Shown: one piece after another, positions 54,276 through 64,000 of the stretch | Layout of the letters: every line of letters starts with the position of its first letter | Numbering within the stretch: the stretch's first letter is position 1 | Assembly: GCA_963706955.1 (NCBI GenBank) | Contig: CAVPOC010000008.1 | Location: 736,001 to 800,000, forward strand | Direction of reading: 5' to 3' | Length of the DNA: 64,000 bases | Source of the DNA: an uncultured Verrucomicrobiae bacterium | GTDB taxonomy: Bacteria; Verrucomicrobiota; Verrucomicrobiia; Chthoniobacterales; Terrimicrobiaceae | The notes under the pieces: generated by a model | Databases searched by the model: none | The model's input: only the letters and a program-made list of their open reading frames with translations | Told to the model about the DNA's origin: nothing | Made by a program: the position numbers and the translations under genes

Positions 54276-56017
54276 ATGACCTCCAACTGGTTCTTTTCCG
54301 CCTTTTTGGTTTTTCTGCTGTCGGCGCTCTTTCTTTGGGCGCTTGGTGCTGCGGTATTCGGTGGCTTGCACGGGAGTTCGAATTTGTTCAGATTGCCGTG
54401 GCTCGGTTACGGCGTCCTGCTTGGCTCCCTGCAAATCGCCCATTTGTTTTTCCCGATTGACCATCAGTTTTCGCATCGCCTTTCTGATGATCACTGCGGG
54501 GAGCCACGACAGCGGTGCTTATCATAAGAGCTGTCTGGCGCTCGGAAACCCCACGGGAAGCTCAGAGCGGGTGGTTAAAGCTCCTGCCGCTCGTTCTCCT
54601 TGCCTTCTGCATTTTTGTTCCCGTTTTCAACGCTTCTACCAAGCCAGCCTGTCACTACGATCTCGGGCTCTACTATCTCCAGGAGATTCGCTGGATCGAA
54701 ACGTTCCCGATCGTCCGCGGCGTGGGCAATTTGATCCTCAACTTAGGTTTCAACCAAAGCGCCTTTCTGGTAACTTCGTTCCTCGACGGCCTGCTCCCGG
54801 ACAGGATCGGTCTGTGGTTAGTCGGAGGGTTGTTGCCTTGGCTAGGGCTGACGCTGTCAGCCTACGCAGCAGTCAGACTGATGGCGGCGCGCAAGGTCCG
54901 CCGCTCACCGCTGGAGATCGCATACGCCGTCTCACTGCCGGCCTGGATTTACACGCTGCTTGGAAACAACATCTCGAGTGGTTCTCCCGACGTCACCTCT
55001 TCGTGTTTGCTCATCCATCTTTTCCTAGCGTTCGCGGCGTTCGTCATGACGAGAGACAATTCGGAAAGAGCGCGATGCTTAGGAGATTTGTGGATCCTCA
55101 GCGCCATCTGCGTGTGCCTTAAGCTTAACACTCTGGGCATGGTTGTCGGAATTTGTTTCATGGCGGTGCTCTTCCTCATCTTCGAGCGGGACTCTTGTCG
55201 CGCAGGACGATCTTACCTCCGATGGAGCGGGGCGGTTGCCGCTTGCCTTCTCGCGATCTGGGTCTATCGAGGAGTTCTTCTTAGCGGCTATCCGCTCTTC
55301 CCGTCCGGTATCGCGGCCGTCCCGGTTGCCTGGCAGATTCCGCCGAGTGAAGTCGAGCAGTGCCGCGAGGACACCGTCTACTGGGCGCGCATTCCGTATG
55401 GTGACAGGAAGGTGGCTCTCGAAGGTTTATCCTGGGTCGGTCCGTGGATTCGGCGAGTGGTTTCTCAGGACATCCAATTCGACTGGCCGCTCGGGATCGG
55501 CTTGATCAGCTCGGCGGCCGTGCTGCTGCTCTCGTGGATGGAAAAGCGATTGCGGCGAGCCAGGTACTTCCTGCTCTTTCTTTGTGTGCCGCTCCTTGTG
55601 CATACCACCTTCTGGATCCTGACAGCGCCGGAGCCCCGTTACTTTGGATCGACCCCGTGGCTTTTCGCCGCCGCGCCAATCCTCAGCTTCATCGCCGCCG
55701 AGGAATCGCTCGCCTTCCTCTGCCTCGTCGCCAATCTTTACCTGTGCGCAGTGCCGATGGCCGGCCTCCTGGTTAATGCTTCGTGGCAATGGGCGAAGCC
55801 AGACCCCAGATTTCCTGAGATTCCTCGCTCGAACATGGCCGAGCGCACGAACCCCGCTGGTTTGCGCTATTATGCACCGATCGAAGGAAATCAAAGCTTT
55901 GATAATGCGCTACCTTGTGCCAACCGGTCCGTCCAGGATATCGGACTGCTAAATCCCGCCGCAGGGATCGCCGGGGGCTTTCAACCGGTAGGCGAGAAAG
56001 AAAATGTTCTAGTGTGA
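54276..56017 (+). CDS. Multi-TM membrane protein, array paralog 3; frameshift near 54470-54515
   Basis: HYDLGLYYLQ, GFNQSAFL, SSGSPD, SGYPLFPS, TAPEPRY. Confidence 0.85.
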
Positions 56018-56097
56018 AAGGGTGGATTCAGCGAGAACCCTAAGAGCCATTCCATGTAACGCTCCATCTCTAGGACACTAATTCGCCTTATCCAGCA

Positions 56098-57850
56098 ATG
56101 GGTACCGACTACCAGATGCCATTCTATCTTCTCTTCGTGGGCTTTGGGCTGTTCCTTTGGCTGATCGGAACCGCGGCGAGCTGCAAGCCGATTCGAATCG
56201 ATCTCATATTCCGCGCTCCTTGGATCGGATACTCTTTGCTCGTCGGTCTGCTCCAGCTCGTTCATCTTCTCTGGCCGATCAACCGTCCTGCTTCACAGCA
56301 ATCGTTGTCGGGCAGTTGACTCTTTGCGCAGTGGGCGTGCTCGATGGTCGGCGCCTTTCGCAAGCAAGGAGACCCTGAAATGGAGCTGGCACCGGCATGG
56401 TCGTCATAGCGGTCCTAGGCTGTGATCTCGTTTGCGGTCTTCTATCCTGTCTTCAATAGCATGCACCAAGGCCATGTGCCACTACGATCTGGGCCTGTAC
56501 TATCTGAAGTTGCTTCGTTGGACTGAGGGATTTCCGATAGTCGCGGGCTGGTGAATGTGCAAGAACATCTCGCTTTTAATCAAAGCGCATTCCTCGTCAC
56601 CGCCCTAGTCGATTCACTTGTCCCTAATCGTTGGGGCATCTTCCTTATCGGCGGGTTCCTTCCCTGGCTTGGATTGACTCTCTCGCTGTTTGCGCTTTTC
56701 CGGATTGCTGCATTAGAGTGCTTCGAAACACCGAGAGTACGACGCCTATCGAAGTTGCCTACGCTGTGTCGCTGCCGGTTTGGATCTTTACCCTGGCCAA
56801 TGCTAATATATCCAGCGCTTCTCCGGATTGCATCATTTCCTGCCTAAGCATCCATTTCTTTCTGGTTTTCGCGTCGTATGTAGCTTCGGACGATGAGGAG
56901 GAAAGGGCGAGCAGCCTTCGCTGAACTGTTTCCTCTTGGGCGCGGTTTGCTTGGCTGTTAAATCGAGTTGTTTGGGGCTAATTGTCGCGGTATGGGCGGT
57001 CTGCCATCCTTCTCCTTTGGCTAGGAAAATCAGAGGCCTGCCGGATACTCGCGCACAGGAGAATCTTAGCGATGGCTCTCGATTGCCGCTCTCTTCCAGT
57101 TACGTGGACGGGGCGCGGCATTATTCTTTCCGGCTATCCATTGTTTCCGTCGAGCGCACTTGCGATGCCGGTTGCCTGGCGGATGCCCGTCAAGTATGTG
57201 ATGAGTTTCGGGGGGATAGCCGTTCGCTAGGCACGCGAAGCAGACCCTGCGATTAACGTAAAGAAGACGCTCCGGACATGGCGCTGGTTCCCGGGATGGT
57301 TTGAGCGCGTTCTCGCCATGCCCAACCAATTTGTTTGGCCCACCCAGGTGGCTATGGCGGGGTCGGCTGTCTTAGTCGCATTCGGCTTTTTCGTAGATAC
57401 GGTGCGTCAGCAACGCTCTGAATCTTTCATTCTGATTATGCCGCTTCTCGCTTACATCGTTTTTTGGTTTTTCACCGCTCCTGGCGTTCGATATTTTGGC
57501 CCGCGATGTGGATTTTCGCGGTCTGTCCCGCGCTGGCGTTTGTTGCTGGTGATGACGCGTCGGGTTGGCTTCCTGGGTGCGACGCTTGCGGGGCCGCCAT
57601 ACCGATTCTTTTCCTCGCCTGGGAATTCCATGGTCTGGAGCCCGGCCGGAACCACGGTTGCCGGAACTTAGAACGATGGAGACAAAGCTGTGATCAATGA
57701 ACACGGCGTCGAGTATGGGTGAACCCGATGGCTTTCAGACCTATGATGCTCCGCTGCCAAGTTCCGGACGTGTCGTCCATTCCTGGCATTGCTCGAACCC
57801 TAAAAGGGCATCGGCGGAGGTTTCAGGTTCGCGAAGCCTGCGGTCTCCAC
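56098..57850 (+). pseudogene. Array paralog 4, heavily fragmented
   Basis: Fragments carry HYDLGLYYL, LAFNQSAFL, SSASPD, SGYPLFPS, TAPGVRY and YDAPLP. TAG at 57228 sits where the paralogs have Trp (WAR). Confidence 0.7.
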
Positions 57851-57888
57851 GAGGATCAGGCATCATCGTCGCGATGATCGTCGGAACA

Positions 57889-59726
57889 ATGGAGCCTGGC
57901 GTGAGCTATTTGTTTCCATTTTTCGTTCTTTTTGCAACGTCGGGTATCTATTTGTGGTTGCTTGGTGGAGCTTTCCTTCGCCTGGTCGCGCAGGTGGAAG
58001 CGAACGGTCTTGCGCACGCCTTGGATCGGATGGGCGATCCTGCTGGGACTTGCAAGTCACTCATTTGTTTGCGCCGAATAAACGAGCAGACAGTGACGGG
58101 GCTCGTCGATTGGGTGCGGCGGCGCGGCGGTCGATCATCATGTGGCTTCGCTGGCGCGCTAGACGAAAGCGACAGACGGTCAACGGTATCCCAGCGAACA
58201 ATCTACTGGCTCATTCGGTGCAGCTGGGAGCGGCCTCCCTTGCTGGCATTTTTTCCGGTGTTCAACGCCTGTACAAAGGAAATGATCCTGTACGATCTGG
58301 GACTCTATTATCTGAAGGCGGTCCGCTGGATCGCGACCTATCCGATCGTGCCAGGCCTGGCGAACGTGCAGGGTCATCTCGGGTTCAACCAGTCGGGATT
58401 TCTGTTCACCACCCTGTTTGACGCCATCCTGCCTGAACGCTGGGGAATCTTTCTGGTCGGAGGGATTCTTCCCTGGCTTGGGTTAGCATCGAGCTTATTC
58501 GCGCTGTTTTGCCTCGGACTTCACGCGTCCGGGAAGCTCGGATCTCCCCGGTCCATCACTGTGGCATACGCCTGTTCGCTGCCTGTATGGATCTATGCCT
58601 TCCTCTACGAAAACCTCTCCAGCGGCTCGCCGAATCTGATCGTTGCTTGTGTGATGATTCATCTGTTCCTGGTGTTTGCCTGCTTCTTGTTTAGCCCCGA
58701 TGAGCAGAGCGAAAACCTTGGCGAAATCTTGGTAATAGGGGCTGCCTGCCTCTGCCTAAAGTTAACCAGTCTGGGGTTTGTGCTAAGTATCTGGGCAATC
58801 GCCGTCGGTTGTAATGATTCGTCATCAAAGATGGCGGACCCTCGCATTGCCGCGGTTGCTGCCTGCCCTCGGAATATGCGCGGTCATGCTTTGCGCGTGG
58901 GTTTATCGAGGCGTCTTCCTTTCAGGTTACCCATTTTTCCCGTCGAGTTTTCTCGCGGCACCCGTGGACTGGCGCGTGCCAGACTCCGTGATGAAAGACT
59001 TTCAAGACTATATTCTGCTTTGGTCGCGCTTTCCCCACGGCGACGCGGCGACGGCCCTCCACACCATCGGATGGGTTCCCCACTGGTTTGCACGCGTGAT
59101 TCCCAATCAATACCAATTCGCCTGGCCGATTCAGGCCGGGATAGCGGGCGCCCTGGCCCTTTCGCTTTTTCAGGCAAATCGGCAAGAGATTTTCAGTTCT
59201 CTTCGCAGGAACGCTATCTTGGTCTCTCCTCTATTTGGTTTCGCTCTGCTCTGGTTTGTGACAGCGCCGGATGTACGCTACTTCGGTCCGTTAGCATGGC
59301 TGTTCGCCATTGTTCCTGCCTTGGTATGGATCTCGCCGGCAATTCACACACGCCTTCATCGCGTGCGGAACGACTCTGTGTTTGTGCGCCGTCCCGCTTG
59401 CCTGCTTCGCCTGGGAGAACCGATGGATCTGGATCACTCGCGAGCGCGTGCTTCCACAGATCCCAGTCGTCGAGCTGGAGGTTTCCACTAATCGGCATGG
59501 GCTGGCGATTTGGTATGCCAAGGAGGGCAACAAAGCATTCGATGCTCCGCTGCCAAGTTCCTGGGGCTTCACCCCGTCCCTCTGCCTTCTCGACCCCGCC
59601 AAGGGTCTCTCCGGAGGCTTCAAACACGTGGAATCTGGAATGGTATCCGGCATGGAGCAGGATCGACGGCCAGAATCGGGCAAGGGAAATACTGCGCAGC
59701 ACGCCTCGTCTCCTGGAACGCCATGA
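57889..59726 (+). CDS. Array paralog 5; frameshifted
   Basis: LYDLGLYYLK, PIVPGLAN, GFNQS, SGYPFFPS, TAPDVRY, FDAPLP. Confidence 0.82.
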
Positions 59727-60316
59727 AATTCCGGGTCACATTTCAATGGATTAACCCATGCCGAAATGAGCGACTGCGCCTGGCGCAGCAGAAGCTGCTC
59801 GAAAGCATTCAGGCTCTCGGCCTCGAGCCGTCGCTCTTTCCGGCCGGTCCTGAGATGATCAAATTCGGCGATATCCTTCGTCATGCCCGACGGGAAAGCG
59901 TGGGGACGAGCTTCGTGTGGTGCCATTCCGACGTCCTGTTGACGAAGAATCCTTTCCTCCTCGCTGACCGCGGGAAAGTCGTGGGTTTCCACCGAAGAGA
60001 GCTGCCATCCGGCGAAATTTGCGCCGGTGTGGACATGTATCTGATCCCAAACCTTATTTGGGATAACTATCTTTCGCGCGATATTCCGGACCTCTGGTGC
60101 GGAGGAACCCACGTGGACTGGTGGCTGACGCGCGCCGCCTCGCTCATCGGAGCGTATGAGTCTCATGGCGGCTATATCGATCACCTGTCCCATCCGGAAT
60201 CGGGCGCATCCAAGCGCGCCAACGATCCATATTTTCGCCACAACGTGCGCGAATATAATGCCTGGGCGGTGCGAAACGGGGCTGGCGTTCTCGAACTCCG
60301 GCCCGCCTGCCCTTGA
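59723..60316 (+). CDS. Hypothetical protein, possible small GT-A-like enzyme
   Basis: ATGA-coupled start MKFRVTFQWINP; WCHSDVLL, GVDMY, DWWL, HLSH; 3' end uncertain. Confidence 0.55.
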   Translation: MKFRVTFQWINPCRNERLRLAQQKLLESIQALGLEPSLFPAGPEMIKFGDILRHARRESVGTSFVWCHSDVLLTKNPFLLADRGKVVGFHRRELPSGEICAGVDMYLIPNLIWDNYLSRDIPDLWCGGTHVDWWLTRAASLIGAYESHGGYIDHLSHPESGASKRANDPYFRHNVREYNAWAVRNGAGVLELRPACP

Positions 60317-60391
60317 TCGGGGCCTCGATGTCGCCGATCAAGGATTATCTTGCCTGGGCGAACAAAGCGACTTCGGAAGGAATCGGAAGCC

Positions 60392-61252
60392 GTGAAATTC
60401 ACGATAATCACCGCCTGCCGAAATTCCGCACCATGCTCCCGGAGACCATCAAATCCGTCGTCGAACAAAGCGCATTGACGCAGGGGATCGCCAGCCTCGA
60501 ATACTTCATCATCGAGGCGCCTCAACGGATGCGACGGCGGAAGTCGTCTCCCGCTACCGCCACGAGTAGATGACGTTCGTTTCAGAGCCGGACACCGGCC
60601 TCTATGACGCGGTAGTCAAGGGATTCAAAGGGCCACGGGCGAAGTGGTCGCTTACTTGAACGCTGGAGATATCTTACATGAGCACGCTTTCCGCGTCGCA
60701 TCCGAAGTGATGCAGCACGACGGAGTGAAGTGGATCTGCGGCTACCAACTCAAGATCAATGAGGACGGCGAAGTCATCGCTGTGTCGAAGACCTCCACGC
60801 TACAGACGGGAGTTTATCCTGAATGGAACCTACTTAAGGGCTTCCCCTATGCGGGCATCCAGCAAGAAGGCATTTTCTTTCGCCGCAAACTGCTGGAAAC
60901 GGTGGATCTGGAAGCCTTGAAGCGATTTCGTCGCGCGGCGACTATTTTCTTTGGACGCAGCTCGCCAAGCATGCCGAGTTGCATACTGTTCTAAGCTTTC
61001 TGGGCGCTTTCCGTGTCCACGAGGGGCAATTGACCTTTCGCGCGAAAGGGAATCGGCGAAGGATTGGAAGCATACTGCAAAGAGGCGAGGACGTGCACGC
61101 GACCGGAGACATTTCGCGAGAAGGTGACCCGCTATTGGGAATACCATAGCCCGCCCTTCCTCAAAGGAGTCTTGTGGAATTTCACCCTAGGACAATCCGC
61201 AGCCCGGATTTTTCGATTCGACGAGGCGGCGCAACGATGGTGCCGCGATGAG
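60392..61252 (+). CDS. GT2 glycosyltransferase; multiple frameshifts
   Basis: KFTIITACRNS, SEPDTGLYDA, AYLNAGD and IQQEGIFFRR across fragments. Confidence 0.78.
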
Positions 61253-62190
61253 CATGTTTCCCTTCACTTCGGAAGAAATCCAAGAGCATTTCATCTCGGC
61301 CGAGCAACTGATGCGCGTATGCGATCAGGTCTGGAGCGCCGACAGCAAGGCGAACATTGCCCTCGACCGCGGACAGCCTCGGGCCGGCTCAAGCATCTAT
61401 TGCAAGGTCGATCATCTTATTGGTCTCTTCGATCACCGGAAGGCCCGGAATTGTGTGGTCCTTGTCAGTTCCGAGAGCGACCGGCCGATCAACGACGAAT
61501 TTCTTGCAAAGATGTCCGCCGCAGATCGCGCATTGGTTCAGCACAAACATTCAAACGAAGGACGAACGGTTAAGCCCGCTGCCACTTGGCCTCGCGAATT
61601 CCTACTGCGGCATTACTTTGAAGGCGCCGCTAATCGCCGCGCATTCGCGACCATTCCTGAGCGCCCCTGCTGGCTCTATGTCAATTTTCGAACCACGAGT
61701 AACCCGGCAGTCCGCGAGCCGACGATGCATCATTTCCGCAGCTTGAGAAATGCGGATTGGCTAACCGTGGGGGAAGGCGGACTGGGCTTTGAAACCTTTC
61801 TGAACGAAATGACATCCCATCGCTTCGTGCTTTGTCCACCAGGCAATGGCAGTGACACGCACAGACTCTGGGAGGCTTTATATAGCCGAACAATCCCCGT
61901 TGCGCTTGCTCAACCCGCGATGGATGCGTTCCGTGATCTTCCCATTCTCTTCGTGGAAGACTTCAGACAATTGACGCGCGATTTTCTTGCGAGCGAGTAT
62001 GAGCGTATCACTTCCTTAAAGTGGAACTGGCGCAAAGCTCTTCCTGCCATGGTGGCACGAGCGAATCGCTGAACAATGCGAAAAACTTAGAAGTGCGGGT
62101 GCCAGCATGCTCCCGCGCGGCGAGTTCCTTCGCGCAATCACCGGAGCGCGTATCGAGGATCTCAAAAGACGCGTTTTGCGCAAGGCATGA
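61248..62190 (+). CDS. Exostosin/GT47-like protein; frameshifted
   Basis: LYVNF, FVLCPPGNGSDTHRLWEALY..IPV, DLPILFV. Confidence 0.72.
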
Positions 62191-63470
62191 AGATCACGAT
62201 CAGCAGTCCCGACGGCTTGGGGGACTTCGTCCTGCGGATTCCCTTCTTTGAAGCGCTGCGCGATGCCGGGCATGACCTCCAGATCTTTATGTGCCCGCCG
62301 GCCTTCGAGCTTGCCAGGGCGGTGCTGCCGACCGCGCGCGTTGAAAGGATCAGCGATGATCCCTATGCGCGCCTCGTTCGATTTCGCCGAAACCCATTCA
62401 CGGCGGAGTTGAAAAAGATCTCCGCATTCGGGCCGGAGCTTTTTGTCGTCGCGCTCTTTCAGCAGAGCTTTTTCGATGAGATCACCCTGTCCAAGCTTCC
62501 CAGGCGTCTGAAAGTGGCTGGTTTTCGATGCACCGACTCCTTTTGGAGCACGCAGGCCAATACGCGGCCGCAGGAAATTGCCGACGGCTTCGCCATTCGC
62601 GTGGAAGCGACGACGAACCTGCCCGAAGTCGGAGAAGAACCGTTTGCTGGCCTCGGCGATCTTGGGCTGGTCAGTTCCACGCAAGCCGGCGCGGATTGAC
62701 CCGCCCGAGAACGCGCTTGATGAAGCGCGCTCGATCCTTCGGCAAAGTGGAATTGAAGACGAGAAATATTGGGTGGTGTGTGCCGGAGCCAGGCCCGGCT
62801 TGAGATCAAGGATTGGGGAGAAGCAAACTGGGCGCAGCCCTTGCCAGATTGCGCTCGGACACCAAGGCTCCGCTTATCTTCCTTGGCAACAAAGCCGAGG
62901 CCGCCTCGATCGACCGAATACGAGCTGCACTGCCGGAAAGTTGCGTTCACTTCAATCTGGCAGGACACCCTCCTCCGATCCTAACCACTCTGGGAATTAT
63001 TGCGCTTTCGGCCGGATTTGTGGGACGTGATTCCGGCCCAATGCATTTGGCCGCCGCTTGTGCTCGGCCGTTTCTTGCCATCTCCAGCGGTTGGCTATGG
63101 GGCCGCTTCTTTCCTGAGACCGAAGGAGCGGTGATTGTCTCGCGCCAGGTGCCCTGCCAAGGGATGTCTCGGCTACTGTCATCTGCCTGAACCATTCTGT
63201 GTGCGGCGCGTCAGCGTCAGCAGTTCCTCGAAGGGTGGCGGCTCCTGCAAAGCGAAGCGGGCGCAGAGCACCCAGATCCTCGAGTTCCCATGGACGACGA
63301 CTTGCGCGAGGAGATCGTTGAGACGGCCCATCTGCGTTTTCCTCGAGCTCGCGCACGAGGCGCGACGTCACGTTTTCGAATCGGAACGAGCTGTCAACCT
63401 TCTCGACAGCGCAGGCATCATGGTGCGTCGCTTGCACGCGCGACGATATTCTCAAAGCGATTCTCGTTGA
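62187..63470 (+). CDS. GT9 (heptosyltransferase-like) glycosyltransferase; frameshifted
   Basis: DGLGDFVL, IKDW, FVGRDSGPMHLAAA and a C-terminal Cys cluster. Confidence 0.82.
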
Positions 63471-63496
63471 ACTCTCGGGAGCTTCGCGGTCGCGCG

Positions 63497-64000
63497 TCAG
63501 CACAAGACCATCGCATCCAAGCTTCTCTCCAGGGCGAGCGGATCCACGAAAATGTCTTCGAGAAAGAAGCGTGCATCATGAACGTCAGCTACCATGCCAT
63601 CTGCGCTGCCGAGAAGGTAGTAGTAGTCGGCTTGCGTAAGGCTGGCGATAGCCCAGTAGCAGAGGTTTACGTAGAGTGGCGAAAAGATCTCCAAGACTTT
63701 GATCTGGGGCTGACACCAAATAAGATTGGTCATCCCGGCGCCGTGCGGCGCGACAACCGCTTCGGCCTCCGAGAAAAGTGCGATCTGTTCGCTCAGCTCA
63801 TTTTCTCGAGTGTAACGTGGATGAAGCCACGGCGCGCGAGAATAGGCCAGAGATCTCCTCTTCGTTAAAGATCCTCCGTCCAAAGGCCTCGGAGCGGCTT
63901 ATGTAAATTCGCTTTCGTGGCCTAAAGGTGAAATTCCGAGTTGGGATCTGAGAAACTCGATGGCCCACGGCGGGACATTGCCCGGCGCCGCCGGCGAACG
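63497..64000 (-). CDS. GT61 (DUF563)-type glycosyltransferase, C-terminal part; runs off the right edge, frameshifted
   Basis: RIYISRS..RRIFNEEE (hand-read), EQIALFSEAEAVVAPHGAGMTNLIWC, VLEIF. Confidence 0.82.

Noticed and set aside
57697..59754. 685-aa ORF as a single novel protein
   Set aside because: Chimera of the paralog 4 tail, part of paralog 5 and out-of-frame sequence caused by indels.
1..64000. CRISPR arrays, tRNA/rRNA, IS elements, programmed frameshifting
   Set aside because: No regularly spaced repeats, RNA gene signatures or transposase motifs were seen; the frameshifts are scattered and lack a common slippery motif.

Overview
GC-rich bacterial window with two divergently transcribed blocks. 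(1) Positions 1-28.1 kb, minus strand: a hybrid NRPS-PKS cluster that runs off the left edge. Transcription order is Cy-A(Cys)-T-Ox; beta-hairpin docking-C-A(Ile-like)-T; KS-AT-ACP-luciferase-like monooxygenase; C-A(Asp/Asn-like, interrupted by an FkbM methyltransferase)-T; C-A-T; a small stand-alone docking-domain ORF; then C-A-T-C-A-T-E-C.... The cluster keeps clear DNA footprints of module duplication and recombination. (2) Positions 28.9-64 kb, mostly plus strand: a GbsR/MarR regulator followed by a large surface-glycan locus. It holds wzm/wzt, epimerases, two pyruvyltransferase paralogs and GT2/GT4/GT9/GT47/GT61-type enzymes. Embedded in it are a queD-folE2 pair and a tandem array of five paralogous multi-TM GT-C-like proteins plus a remnant of a sixth. 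Many genes are broken by single-base frameshifts, most likely long-read consensus errors, so several CDS were stitched by eye and their boundaries are approximate. No rRNA, tRNA, CRISPR array or transposase was recognised.
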